Origin: an uncultured archaeon
GTDB taxonomy: Archaea; Nanobdellota; Nanobdellia; Pacearchaeales; GW2011-AR1
Assembly (NCBI GenBank): GCA_902385625.1
Contig: CABMGE010000007.1
Location: 1,565 to 65,564 of the forward strand
Length of the DNA: 64,000 nt
Direction: 5' to 3'
The notes under the pieces: model-generated
Told to the model about the DNA's origin: nothing
The model's input: only the letters and a program-made list of their open reading frames with translations
The model's database searches: none
Program-made: the position numbers and the translations under genes
Part shown: in pieces, positions 46,001 through 56,682 of the stretch
Layout of the letters: every line of letters begins with the position of its first letter
Position numbering within the stretch: position 1 is the stretch's first letter

Positions 46001-47302
46001 TTACCTTTGGGGTGCATATGATTGTGCTTGTATTCTTGCATTGTCTACAAAACCCAGAGGAGTCCAAAATCCTGTTAAAAGTGTTGAATCAATAACTGTT
46101 CTTCCGGAATTATCATATCTTACTCCTCTTTTACTAAATTCTTCAATTGCTCTTGCAACTGGATTTGCACAATACCTGAGTTCTGAAACAAGACCTGAAC
46201 CTAGATTACCTTCTGAATCAAAATTATACCTTTGCTGTTGCATCCATCCCAGTATTCTTGCTTTATCAATTGCAACTTCACTTACCAAGTCAAATTTCTT
46301 TTTTTGGACTTCAGGATCATTATATTCTCCCATACTTTTATCAGCAAGAACACATATAGTGTAATAAGTTATATTTCTTTTATATTCTTCTAATTGTTCT
46401 GTATCTTTTGCTTCCTGATAAATTCCATCAAATTTATGTTCTATTCCAAGCGCTTTTTGAGTTTCAGGAGAATTTTTTAAATCTTCTAAAAGTCTGTTTT
46501 CATAGAATTGTGCTACTGATTCTCTAGTGGATGAGTTTAAATCTGAATTATGTTTTAAAATATAAGGAAATTTAGATAATCTTGTTATTACATAGTTTAA
46601 TGCATGACCCATTCCTTCGTGGCCATAAAGTTCAATTAATTCTTTGTCCCTGATATGTAAAGTTCCATCTTCTTTTGAAAAACAAATTCTTGGAATACTT
46701 ATTGCGAGATTATTAGTAAGTGGATGAAAATAAGATCTATCTTGTGTTGTTGGAACTGCACTTATTTCCCTTAAGAATCCTCCAATACTTGTGAGTCCTT
46801 GCAAAAATTTTCCTATTGTTTTATGATACCTTTGAATATGCGCTCCTGCAAATTCTTCTGCTTGTCTTCTCACTCCAGGTATATCTGAAGGCACTGCAAG
46901 TTCATATCCTTCAATATCTCTTGAATGAAATAATCTTTCTATTGCATCTGTTGTTTTTTCCTTAGTTGTTTCAAGCCAAGGCCTGAGGGAAGTAATATCT
47001 TCTTTTGGAATTCCTAAAATGTTTATAACTGTATCAAAATCATAAAGTCTTCCACTAGCCTGATGTTCTAAATAAGCTCCTTCTCCATGTAGTCTTCTTT
47101 TTAACTCTGACTGTACAACTTCTTCTTCATTTTTAGGCTGTACTTCTGGAATGCTTTTTGCGAGATTTTGCATTGATTCTGCGAGCTTTAAGGCTTCTTT
47201 TGTGGGAGTTATACTGTATTTATTACTAAATTTTCCAATTCTATCGAGATTTTTTATTAAAAGTTCTGTTTCTTTTAGTTTTTCTTCAAGATTTATTTCC
47301 AT
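46001..47302 (-). CDS. hypothetical protein (HEGMGH motif, possible metallohydrolase)
   Basis: 433-aa ORF. Confidence 0.4.
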   Translation of the reverse strand: MEINLEEKLKETELLIKNLDRIGKFSNKYSITPTKEALKLAESMQNLAKSIPEVQPKNEEEVVQSELKRRLHGEGAYLEHQASGRLYDFDTVINILGIPKEDITSLRPWLETTKEKTTDAIERLFHSRDIEGYELAVPSDIPGVRRQAEEFAGAHIQRYHKTIGKFLQGLTSIGGFLREISAVPTTQDRSYFHPLTNNLAISIPRICFSKEDGTLHIRDKELIELYGHEGMGHALNYVITRLSKFPYILKHNSDLNSSTRESVAQFYENRLLEDLKNSPETQKALGIEHKFDGIYQEAKDTEQLEEYKRNITYYTICVLADKSMGEYNDPEVQKKKFDLVSEVAIDKARILGWMQQQRYNFDSEGNLGSGLVSELRYCANPVARAIEEFSKRGVRYDNSGRTVIDSTLLTGFWTPLGFVDNARIQAQSYAPQR

Positions 47303-47418
47303 GTATTTTTGTACTTTCTAGACTTTTTAAAGCTTATTATTGTAATAACTTGATAATAGTAACAAATAGTAAGCTTTATAAAATCCCACTGAGTAGGATA
47401 AAATAGTACAGTTTAGGG

Positions 47419-47940
47419 GTGAAGGAAAATGAAATGCAAAGTCAGACAATTGAAGATTATGTATCATCCGGAGATATAGTTCCTTCTAGTGGGGAATTTG
47501 TTGCCTTAAAAGATAATCGAAGTATTGTTAGAAAATGTTTAGAGGCATATTTCGAACCTAAATCATTTGAAAAATGGCAAAATGGAAGAGTTTATGAGTG
47601 GCTCGGAATAAAATATTTTCAAAAAGCCTATCTTGCAACTTTTGGAAAAATTGCCAATCCTTCTGGAAAATGGATTGATGACAAATCAACTGAATCACTT
47701 AAGTCTTATATTGCTGGAACAAGAGCACTTGAACTTGCTCATATTGGACTTGCAGGATTTTTTTTAGCAGGAGACTTAATTATTGCTTCAAATTCTGAAA
47801 ATAACAATAGTTTAGGTGGATTTCTTCGTGGATGTGCTGTTAATCTTGCAATTAATCTCTATCCAATAATTCTTCAAAGATATAACAGAACAAGAGTTCA
47901 AACTGTTCTGGATAACAAATATGGAGGAGAAAATGACTGA
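47419..47940 (+). CDS. hypothetical protein, first gene of the kinase operon
   Basis: 173 aa; its stop overlaps the next gene. Confidence 0.4.
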   Translation: MKENEMQSQTIEDYVSSGDIVPSSGEFVALKDNRSIVRKCLEAYFEPKSFEKWQNGRVYEWLGIKYFQKAYLATFGKIANPSGKWIDDKSTESLKSYIAGTRALELAHIGLAGFFLAGDLIIASNSENNNSLGGFLRGCAVNLAINLYPIILQRYNRTRVQTVLDNKYGGEND

Positions 47941-48541
47941 AAATAACCCAATAGAACTTAGGGGACATCATTTGTCCTTATTTGCTGATTATTATTTTAG
48001 AAATAAATGCAGAACCGATAGTGCAGATTCTAAAGTTATACAAGCAAAAGGAAAATACAAACTAACTGACTTGCTAACTAATGAACCTATATTCTCAGAT
48101 TCACAACAAAATGAAGGCAACTATGAATCGGATTTTATATCAAGAAAATACAGCCCTGCGATTCGAAAACATATGAGTGAGCTTTGGCAAAAATTAATAG
48201 ATGAACCTGAGACAAAAGTAAAACTGGTTGAAGGATTTGATAACATCTGCATGTTTGCTGGGGGGAAAAAATGTCCAAGGTATGAAGAGAGTTCATGTGG
48301 CCCTGAAGGTTATGCTGATGATATATTAACAATTGCAGAACTCCAATTAGAAACTGGAAAAACATATAGTTCCAAGGAAATAATCTCAAGAATTGTTGAT
48401 TACAGAAAACAAACAGGATTTATCAGTCCAAAAGAAAAGTTTCTTAAATTACTACTTGAATTTAATTTTGAGGATAGTAGTTCTGAAGAGGATATTAGTG
48501 ATGAAGAAATTGATAGGATAATGAATGGAGAAAAACAATGA
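47921..48541 (+). CDS. hypothetical protein
   Basis: 206 aa; ATGA overlap with the next gene. Confidence 0.4.
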   Translation: MEEKMTENNPIELRGHHLSLFADYYFRNKCRTDSADSKVIQAKGKYKLTDLLTNEPIFSDSQQNEGNYESDFISRKYSPAIRKHMSELWQKLIDEPETKVKLVEGFDNICMFAGGKKCPRYEESSCGPEGYADDILTIAELQLETGKTYSSKEIISRIVDYRKQTGFISPKEKFLKLLLEFNFEDSSSEEDISDEEIDRIMNGEKQ

Positions 48542-49365
48542 AATCCCAAATAATTTTACCGAGTGTAACTCTTTGCGCAATTGTAAGAGATGAAAAAATA
48601 AATCCTGCAGGAGGAATTGAAGATTTCTTACATTGCACCATGCCTTTTGTTGGTGCAGGAGTTATAGTTGACACTGGAAGTATTGATGGAACAAGGGAAA
48701 TACTTGAAGATTCAAAAAGAAAATATTCAAATTTAAGTATATATGATCGTAAATTTAGGGGTTTTGCACAAGCAAGAAATTATTCACTCTCAAAAGTACA
48801 AACACCTTGGGTTCTTGTTCTTGATGCTGATGAAAGACTAAGTCAAGAAGATTTTGAAAAAATAAAAAATGAAATAGCGAGTCCAGAAAAATATATGACA
48901 GAATATCGTAAAGATATTTTTGGATTTGAATTAGGATTATTTAATATCTATACTAATGATACTGAAAGATCTTGTGATATACTTAATCCAAGAATTTTTA
49001 GAAGTGACTGTAATTTTTGTTTTTCTAATAATCACGGCAGACGTTCTGAATATCTGTATGAAAATCAAGGTCTAAAAAGTTTATTTCCTACTTTACTAGG
49101 TCTTAATAGAAATGAAGTTTGCTTTAGATATTCAGGATACACAGAGATTTCAGTAAAACAATTTAGAACAGATGAAAATGGACAAACTGTAAAAGAAGTA
49201 CATTGGAATAAAATTCTTAAGAAACATATTGGAAGAATTCCTTCTCCTTCTAAAACAAAGGGTTTTTTTTATTGGAAAAAACTTAATCCTCAAAGACTAA
49301 ACTATCATTTTGGACCTGAAAGTTATGAATTTAAAGTTTCTCAAGAACAAGGAGTGTCTGCATAA
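48538..49365 (+). CDS. family-2 glycosyltransferase-like protein
   Basis: IVDTGSIDGT and LVLDADERL (DxD) motifs. Confidence 0.55.
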   Translation: MKSQIILPSVTLCAIVRDEKINPAGGIEDFLHCTMPFVGAGVIVDTGSIDGTREILEDSKRKYSNLSIYDRKFRGFAQARNYSLSKVQTPWVLVLDADERLSQEDFEKIKNEIASPEKYMTEYRKDIFGFELGLFNIYTNDTERSCDILNPRIFRSDCNFCFSNNHGRRSEYLYENQGLKSLFPTLLGLNRNEVCFRYSGYTEISVKQFRTDENGQTVKEVHWNKILKKHIGRIPSPSKTKGFFYWKKLNPQRLNYHFGPESYEFKVSQEQGVSA

Positions 49366-49518
49366 TGAAATCAAAAATTTCAATTACAGTTGACAAAGAA
49401 ATTCTGGATTTAATTGAAAATCTTACTGAATCTGGAAGATTTAGGAACAGAAGCCATGTTATTGAATATAGTATTAAGAAGTTTGTGAATGAAAACAACA
49501 AGGAGGAAGTAAAATGAT
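49366..49518 (+). CDS. unannotated 50-aa ribbon-helix-helix (CopG-like) protein
   Basis: MKSKISITVDKEILDLIENLTESGRFRNRSHVIEYSIKKF follows the beta-alpha-alpha RHH pattern. Its end overlaps the first kinase start (ATGA). Confidence 0.5.
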
Positions 49519-51340
49519 AGCGAGAGCAATATCACCTGAACTTGAAATAACACTTAATGCTGACGAATTATCTCAATTAAAAAGCAGAGGATATGAAGCA
49601 TTGCAAAAACTTGGAGAAGGTGCAACAAGAGATGCATATCTTGTCAGGTATACTCAAGGAAATGTTTCAAAACTAAGAGTCGTTAAGATACCAAAACTCG
49701 AAGTTGGAACTTTTATGTCCAAAGTTAATCGAAAGAAAAGAGATATTGATGCACAGGAAACAGATATTTCCAATAAATTACAGCACCCAAATGTTGCTGA
49801 AATTGTGGATAGTTTCAAACTCAATGGAAGAACAATTAATGTAGAGGCATTTTATGAAAAAGGAAGCGATCTTGAAACAATGGTCATACAGTCAGGACCT
49901 GTAAAGGATGAAGCTAGATTTGATAAAATTGCAGACCAGATTTTAGAGGGTGCATGTTATATTGAAGAAAAAGGATTTTTGCACAGAGATTATAAACCAT
50001 CAAATATAATTATCACTTCTTCAGGAGAAATAAAAATATCAGATCTGCAGCTCGCATGTCCTAGAAAAGAAGTACTTGAAAGCTCTGTTCCGACCAGAGG
50101 AGGAATGCCTTTTACAGATTCAGCTTTATTTTTTGGAATGTTTACTGGAAAACCCTACAAAGCAAATCCTGCAACAGAAGTTTATTCACTTGGTGCAAGT
50201 CTTTTATATGTACTCTCTGGAGAAAAATTTGATTATAAAATTGTTGAAGATCCAGAAGGTCGCGAGGTTATTGTTAATGATGAAAAATACAAAGTAAAAC
50301 TAATTGACTCTAATGGAGAAATGGATATGAATAAGTTTAATCTAATGCTTCATGAAAATAAACTAAAGAAAATGCTAGAAAAGGTTCCTAAACGATACAG
50401 GGCCATGATATTTGATTGTTTGTCAGTTGCTCCCCATAGAAAAATACATAATATTCTAGACTTAAGAGAAAGATTTAGGGAAACAAGGTCTCCAGTATTT
50501 CTTGAAGAATTCAAAAAAGGACTTCGGGCAATACCGATTACACTTGCAGCTGTTGGAACAATTACAGGAGCAATATTAATTGGTTATTATTTTCCAAGAG
50601 AAGAGACTCCTACTTTTGCAGAACTAATTGAAAAAGATAAGTATAGCCAGTTTAGTTTGGAAAAAATTGCAACTGGAACTGATAGAGATAACATGAGAAA
50701 AAGAGTTCTTTTATCCCCATATTTAGATGATGCAAAAAAAAGACTTCCTGAAATTGAAGAAAGAATTCCAAAGAAATTCTTATGGGGTTTTAAAGATGCC
50801 GAACTTATGGGAAAAAGACTAATGCTCTCATGGATTAGATCATGTTATTTAAACCAGGATGAAGCAAATAAATTTTATGAAAGTGAAGAGAAAAAATTAG
50901 AAAAAAGAGTTACATCAGTATTTGTTCCTGAAAAATTCATTACTACAAGGCAGATTAAGCATAGATTTCCAGGAAGCAGCTATCATGCAGACGATGATGG
51001 TATTTTTAGCGGAGTAATATATTTAAAACAGTTGATGAAACAAAATTCCAATGTTGCTGATTTATTTGCACATTATTTTTGTTCTGAAATTGATATAAAT
51101 AGCGCAATTTTGAATACAAGCAGTTCACAATATCTTCCTTATTCTGCTGAAGGAGTCCAACCAGGATATAATCAAGGATTAAATGAAACACAAAGAAAAC
51201 TTGTCAATACTGCACTTGCGCTTTATTTAATAACTGATGAAAAAGGCGAAATTCACTGGGATAAAGAATTTCTTTATGACTACGGTGAAAGAGCAAGAGT
51301 TTATGAGATGACACAGGGAGGCAGGTTTCCTGAATGGTAA
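49514..51340 (+). CDS. transmembrane eukaryotic-like Ser/Thr protein kinase 1 (DFG replaced by DLQ)
   Basis: GEGATRDAY G-loop, VVKIPK lysine, HRDYKPSNIII catalytic loop, and a TM segment near residue 345. Confidence 0.7.
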   Translation: MIARAISPELEITLNADELSQLKSRGYEALQKLGEGATRDAYLVRYTQGNVSKLRVVKIPKLEVGTFMSKVNRKKRDIDAQETDISNKLQHPNVAEIVDSFKLNGRTINVEAFYEKGSDLETMVIQSGPVKDEARFDKIADQILEGACYIEEKGFLHRDYKPSNIIITSSGEIKISDLQLACPRKEVLESSVPTRGGMPFTDSALFFGMFTGKPYKANPATEVYSLGASLLYVLSGEKFDYKIVEDPEGREVIVNDEKYKVKLIDSNGEMDMNKFNLMLHENKLKKMLEKVPKRYRAMIFDCLSVAPHRKIHNILDLRERFRETRSPVFLEEFKKGLRAIPITLAAVGTITGAILIGYYFPREETPTFAELIEKDKYSQFSLEKIATGTDRDNMRKRVLLSPYLDDAKKRLPEIEERIPKKFLWGFKDAELMGKRLMLSWIRSCYLNQDEANKFYESEEKKLEKRVTSVFVPEKFITTRQIKHRFPGSSYHADDDGIFSGVIYLKQLMKQNSNVADLFAHYFCSEIDINSAILNTSSSQYLPYSAEGVQPGYNQGLNETQRKLVNTALALYLITDEKGEIHWDKEFLYDYGERARVYEMTQGGRFPEW

Positions 51341-53076
51341 AAATGGCAGAACAAACTTCAACATTTATAGAATTTTTAAAAGAAAAACTTGGAAAAGAAC
51401 CTACATGGTATGATTATATGAAATTACTAAATGAAGAAATAGCAACTGTTCGAGACAGATTTGGGGAGCTTAAATATGGAGTTCCAAATATTGAACTTGA
51501 ACTAAAAATTGCTCTTGCAGGATTTTCTCCAACTGGAAGAGATATTGGAAATGGCAGATATGGTATTGTAAGTGAATATCTGGATAAATCAGGAAATTTA
51601 TGGGGAATAAAAAGGCTTATTTCAGATGAAGATGCAAAAAAAAGAAGAGAACAGAGAGGAATAACTGAACAGACAATGCTTGAAAAAGAAGCAATTTCAC
51701 TTGAAGCTTGCCAGCATAACATAGTTCCAAGAATTGTTGGTGATGGATTTATTGCAATGCCTTTATTTCCTAATGATTTAGAACAAATTCTTGAAGATGG
51801 AAAACCACTTGAAACAAAAAAGGCAATCCAGATATCAAAAAATATTCTTCATGGACTTGGTTATGCACATAAAGAATTAAGAAGAGTTCATTCAGACCTA
51901 AAGCCAGATAATATTCTACTTGATAAAAATGGAATTGCTTATATTACTGATTTTGGAATCTCAAGCGAAGCATCAATTTCAAGACAAAGTAAAGATCCAA
52001 GGGATAATTTTGGTTTTTTATATACAAGTTCTCCTGAAAGATTTCAAGAAGGAAACCATATGAATGAGAAATCAGATGTCTGGGCAGCTGGTGCTTTAAT
52101 TGGAAGACTTGTAACTGGAAAATATCCTCTTGAAAAATTAATTAATGGTTCTTCAAATCCAAAACAAAGAATAAATGAATCTACTCAAACAGAGACAAGT
52201 AGTATGCTTGAATCCTATTTTTCGCAGGTTCCAAGATGGTTAAATAGTGTTTTAAGAAAAGCTCTTTCATATGATCCAAATACAAGATTTGCAGATGCAA
52301 GTGAAATGGAACAGGCTTTTTTAAATGCAGAGGAAAATTTTATAAGTTCAAGTTCAAGACTCACAAAATGGGTTATTGGAACAATAGTTTCACTATCATT
52401 ATTAGGATCTATTACAGGCCTTTCAATTTATGAATCTAAATCAAAAAGACTTGAAGATCAGGTTCAAACACAAGAGCAAAAAATTGAATTAGGTGAAAAA
52501 ATAAAGATAATCAATTTATATTTGCAGAAGAAGGAAAATAATGTATCAATAAATCATCAAGTTACAACAAGAACAGAACATGCAGAAGAAGGAAAACTAC
52601 TTGGATATTTGGAAAGATTTGAAGATGAAAGAACAGCTTTTGCTGCATATATTAATCCAAGAGCAGTCTTTGCTGCAATAAAACTTGCAAATAGCGAAAG
52701 ATATGCAAAAATTGGAGAAACTCTTTGCAAAATTGATCCAAAATCATTTTATGAACTAGAAAGCAATGTTTCATATTGGAGATTTCCAGAGTCTCCTGTT
52801 TCATATGTTTGCATTGAAGAAAAAAGAAAACAAAATAAAGATGATGTTAAACTTGAATTCAAGTCTCTTGAAAGAGATTATTTGATAATGCAAAAACTTG
52901 AAGAGTGGTATAAACAAAGAAACAAGACTTATGAAGAAAAAAATGGAATTGGAATGTCCTGGCAATCATTTTATTCTTCGCTTGATGATTCTGACAGAAG
53001 AACATATGATGATCTTTTAAATTTGAGAGAAAGATTCTATCAAACTAAAATAAATGGAGGAAAAAATGGAAAGTAA
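51334..53076 (+). CDS. transmembrane Ser/Thr protein kinase 2 (alternative start 51343)
   Basis: HSDLKPDNILL and ITDFGIS motifs, and a TM segment near residue 345. Confidence 0.75.
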   Translation: MVKMAEQTSTFIEFLKEKLGKEPTWYDYMKLLNEEIATVRDRFGELKYGVPNIELELKIALAGFSPTGRDIGNGRYGIVSEYLDKSGNLWGIKRLISDEDAKKRREQRGITEQTMLEKEAISLEACQHNIVPRIVGDGFIAMPLFPNDLEQILEDGKPLETKKAIQISKNILHGLGYAHKELRRVHSDLKPDNILLDKNGIAYITDFGISSEASISRQSKDPRDNFGFLYTSSPERFQEGNHMNEKSDVWAAGALIGRLVTGKYPLEKLINGSSNPKQRINESTQTETSSMLESYFSQVPRWLNSVLRKALSYDPNTRFADASEMEQAFLNAEENFISSSSRLTKWVIGTIVSLSLLGSITGLSIYESKSKRLEDQVQTQEQKIELGEKIKIINLYLQKKENNVSINHQVTTRTEHAEEGKLLGYLERFEDERTAFAAYINPRAVFAAIKLANSERYAKIGETLCKIDPKSFYELESNVSYWRFPESPVSYVCIEEKRKQNKDDVKLEFKSLERDYLIMQKLEEWYKQRNKTYEEKNGIGMSWQSFYSSLDDSDRRTYDDLLNLRERFYQTKINGGKNGK

Positions 53077-55603
53077 AGACCCTGAAATGACTGATGAAGA
53101 GTGGAAGGAGTATCAAGATGCAATGAGAAATGAATACAAAAGGGATTTTGATCAATGGTTCCATTCTGGAGAACTAGATTCTTTAACAAACCAGGAAATA
53201 CTCTATAAACTTGCAACACAAGGAGGAACTATTGGAGATCCTATTGAAATAATAAATCACGAGGGAGTTTTTGAAAAAGATGTAGCAGAATGGAGAAAAC
53301 AGAATATAGAACAAAGCAAAAAAAGAGTTTTTGCAGCTTTTGAAGATTCGGTTCGAGAATTTAGAGATGAATCTCTTCCTGACCATACACTTCAAATTAT
53401 TGATGATCCGAAAAATCCTGAGCATAGAGTATTTGGAATCTTGCCTGAACAAGATCCTGAAAAAATATTCAGAAGAAGTGGATTTATTTCTATTGGAGGA
53501 GGAATAATGATTCCATTAGTTCCAAATACACCTGAACAATATCAGGAACTCGTATCAAAAGTTCTTGGAGACAAATACTTCAATATAGAACTTGCTTCCC
53601 AGGGAGCTCAGTCTTTAATTTTTAAAGGAAATTTTGCAGGTCCTGAAGGAAGACTCAGATCCATAAAAGTAGATAAAACAAAATTTGAAAGCTCAAATGC
53701 ACAAAAACTTGCAGACAAAGGTTATGGAACAAAAAGACATATTGAAACTCTTTCAACACTCCCTGATGCAGAAGATCATCATATTGTAGGACTTATAGAT
53801 TATTTTGACCTCACAAAAGATCATGGAGTTGCAATTTCAGTGCATCAGCACATAGAAGGCAAAACACTGGAAAAATTAATTTCTGAAGAAGGAAAGCTAT
53901 CGAGTACAAAAGTAAAGCAAATCTTTTCAGGAGTTTTAGACGCTGTTACTTATTATACAGGGGAAGGCTATGTTCATCGTGATTTAAATCCTGCAAATAT
54001 TCTTGTGAGGCCTAACTCTGAAGCATTTATCCTGGATTTTTGCAATTCTGGAAAAAGAGAGAAGCTTGAAGAAAAAGTACTTCCTACTGCTGGAGCCAGA
54101 AGAGTTATGGATCCTCTTTTAATTGAAAGAATTACAGGAGAGAAAAGAGCATATTCAGAATCTTCAGAAGTTTATTCACTTGGTCAGAATTTGTATTTTG
54201 CTTTAACTGGAAAATATTTTGCTTATGTTGATCCTGAAGAAGGAACAATAAAAAATGCAGAAACTGAAGAATCTTATTTAGATGAATCTGGAAAAATTAA
54301 TACTAAAAAATATCAAGAAAGTTTATACAAGGCAATAAACGATATCCACGGAGTTTCAAGAAGTTTTAAAAAATTAATTGGAAAATCCCTAAGTCTTGAA
54401 GATAAGACTAGATATAAAACAGTAGATGAATTTACAAAAGACTTTAAGAAAAAAGTCGGATTTGAAGATCCTGAATCTACAGAAAAAACAAAAAATCAAC
54501 TGTTTAATCGAAGAAGTTTAATAGGAATTCTTGCTGGAACAACAATTCTAGGATCTATTGGAGCTTTTGGGCTTGTTAAAGGTATTATGGATTCTAATGA
54601 TTTACAAGTACAGCAACTTGAAACTAAGATTGCAGAAGCTGAAAAATATGAAGTAGTTCCTGGCTGGGATGGTTTTACCCTTGGAGTTAATAATAATCTT
54701 TCAGAATTAAATCCAATTATTACTAAAGAAATCAAAGGAGATAAAAATAAATCACTTGAATATTTGTTCTATCCGGATCGCGGACTTGTTCCTTCATTTT
54801 TTACACTTAACAGAGGAGACACTATAACAATTTATCCAAAAGCCAAACAAGTTCCAAGATCTGGAAATAAAGAATATTTGGCTTTGCCTTCTTTTCCAGG
54901 ACAAGCTTATTTTGAAGGATGGGAACCGATTAAATTCTCTGTCGCAAATATTTCTAATGATCCAAGTCAGTATACTGACCATTATCCTGCTTTTAATATA
55001 TCTAGTCTAACTGTTCCAAAAGACATGCCTGATGGAGTCTATAATCTAATTATTGAATATTATGCATATGGAAATGAAGAAGAAAAGTATGGAAAAACTG
55101 CTTTGTCAACTGTCAAGTTTAGATATCCTGAAAAAGTTCTTTCAAGAAAAAGATTTCCGGTTGTAGTTGGAAATCCTGAATCTAAAATGCAGATAAGCAT
55201 GCTAAGAGTTAATTCATGTGAAGATCATGTTGGATTTGGAAAAGTTTATGATAATGTTTTCAAAAGTGTTGATACGGATGTTATAGACAGACTTGATATT
55301 TCTTTGATCGGAAAAGGTTTACTAAAATCAAATAAAAAATCAGAAGAATACTTTAATCCAAGTGGATCAGGACTTTGGCTTCCTTATCCAAACAAAGAGA
55401 GAAATGAACTCCTACAAATAGCTGCATACCATAATGGAAAAATTGCTACATTTGGTTATTTTCCAATTAAAACAGTCAATTATGGAAGAAGAAATGGAAA
55501 TCCTGATGGAGAATTATTGTATAACTGGAAATGGGATTTTTATGGTCCTGACCATGCTGAAAAACTAGTTGAATATAGGAAAGAATTATTTAAACAAAAA
55601 TAA
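53066..55603 (+). CDS. transmembrane Ser/Thr protein kinase 3 with a ~330-aa extracytoplasmic C-terminal domain
   Basis: VHRDLNPANILV and LDFCNSG motifs, a TM helix LIGILAGTTILGSIGAFGLV, and a GGAGGA Shine-Dalgarno sequence before the 53066 ATG. Confidence 0.7.
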   Translation: MESKDPEMTDEEWKEYQDAMRNEYKRDFDQWFHSGELDSLTNQEILYKLATQGGTIGDPIEIINHEGVFEKDVAEWRKQNIEQSKKRVFAAFEDSVREFRDESLPDHTLQIIDDPKNPEHRVFGILPEQDPEKIFRRSGFISIGGGIMIPLVPNTPEQYQELVSKVLGDKYFNIELASQGAQSLIFKGNFAGPEGRLRSIKVDKTKFESSNAQKLADKGYGTKRHIETLSTLPDAEDHHIVGLIDYFDLTKDHGVAISVHQHIEGKTLEKLISEEGKLSSTKVKQIFSGVLDAVTYYTGEGYVHRDLNPANILVRPNSEAFILDFCNSGKREKLEEKVLPTAGARRVMDPLLIERITGEKRAYSESSEVYSLGQNLYFALTGKYFAYVDPEEGTIKNAETEESYLDESGKINTKKYQESLYKAINDIHGVSRSFKKLIGKSLSLEDKTRYKTVDEFTKDFKKKVGFEDPESTEKTKNQLFNRRSLIGILAGTTILGSIGAFGLVKGIMDSNDLQVQQLETKIAEAEKYEVVPGWDGFTLGVNNNLSELNPIITKEIKGDKNKSLEYLFYPDRGLVPSFFTLNRGDTITIYPKAKQVPRSGNKEYLALPSFPGQAYFEGWEPIKFSVANISNDPSQYTDHYPAFNISSLTVPKDMPDGVYNLIIEYYAYGNEEEKYGKTALSTVKFRYPEKVLSRKRFPVVVGNPESKMQISMLRVNSCEDHVGFGKVYDNVFKSVDTDVIDRLDISLIGKGLLKSNKKSEEYFNPSGSGLWLPYPNKERNELLQIAAYHNGKIATFGYFPIKTVNYGRRNGNPDGELLYNWKWDFYGPDHAEKLVEYRKELFKQK

Positions 55604-55688
55604 AAAGTTGCTTTTGTCTTAAGTGAATTAAGCTAAAAACAATTTTTAGACAAATTAATTTGGATAAAAATTACCTATTTCTTGCTAT

Positions 55689-56567
55689 TTAAACTGAAAT
55701 AGCCAGAAGATAATTATTCATTCTAATTATTGTCTCATTTATTTCATAGAGATAGAAACTAATTAGATCCTTGTTATCAATCAACTTCTTAATATGTTCA
55801 TATTTTTTAGCGAGTTTTAAGGAATCTTCTCGATTAAATTTGAATAAAAGGTCTTTAAACATATTTACAAAAGATCTTAATTCCTTTATTATTGGCAATA
55901 TTTCTTTAGGATATTTTTTTGTTTCTTTGAGTTCTCTTGCGATTTTCTTGTATATATCTCCTGTTTCTTCAAGGTGCGAGATTATTGAATATATCTGAGG
56001 AGTTTTATTATACTCAGTATATCCTTTTTTATTTAAAATTCTAAGAGAGAAGTTAACAAATTTATTTATACTTGTATCTGTTTCAATTACAGGATCCATA
56101 CTTTGTTTTTTATCAATTGCAATTTCAAGTTCTTCGGCCATAGAGTCAATTATTAAAAAAATCCTTCTTATTATGTCATCAATATTTTGATCTGATACTC
56201 CTGTAATATCTCTTACAGTAAAACTTTTTTGTGATTGCTTTATTATTTCAAATCCAATAAGTTCATTAATAACTCTTTTTTGAAAATCTTTTACTTCATC
56301 AGGTTCTGAAAAATTTATTTCAAGTTCATCATAACCTTTTATATAAAGAGAAATAAGAGTTCTGTTAACTAGTATTCCGAGGCCAGAAACATTAATTACA
56401 GCTTTTGATTTTTCTTTTGAAATCTTTTCATTACTTATGATTATTTGATTATCTTTTTCTTCAATATCTATTTCATCCCCTTTATCCAGATTATTTTTTC
56501 TTACCCATTTAGACGGCAGGCTAATCATCATTGTCGCTGCTCCTTGCTTTACAATTTTACGTTTCAT
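55689..56567 (-). CDS. AbrB/MazE-type DNA-binding domain protein with a PhoU-like C-terminal region
   Basis: N-terminal swapped-hairpin motif MISLPSKWVRKNNLDKGDEIDIE. Confidence 0.45.
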   Translation of the reverse strand: MKRKIVKQGAATMMISLPSKWVRKNNLDKGDEIDIEEKDNQIIISNEKISKEKSKAVINVSGLGILVNRTLISLYIKGYDELEINFSEPDEVKDFQKRVINELIGFEIIKQSQKSFTVRDITGVSDQNIDDIIRRIFLIIDSMAEELEIAIDKKQSMDPVIETDTSINKFVNFSLRILNKKGYTEYNKTPQIYSIISHLEETGDIYKKIARELKETKKYPKEILPIIKELRSFVNMFKDLLFKFNREDSLKLAKKYEHIKKLIDNKDLISFYLYEINETIIRMNNYLLAISV

Positions 56568-56682
56568 GTTAATTCTTATTACAGGAACTATTTAAACTTT
56601 TCTACTAAGTATATACATTTATACTAATATATATAGTATAATAAAAATGTTTAAATCTAATTTTTATGATATCTACTAACTA

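Noticed and set aside
46001-47302. HEGMGH in the 433-aa protein as a zinc-metalloprotease HExxH site
   Set aside because: The spacing is HExxxH, not HExxH, and no third ligand motif was recognised. It is left as hypothetical with a note.
47329-47377. The 8-bp inverted repeat aaagctta/taagcttt upstream of the kinase operon, considered as a standalone finding
   Set aside because: It is short and AT-rich, so chance occurrence is plausible in 30% GC DNA. It is mentioned only as a possible RHH operator within the kinase-operon finding.
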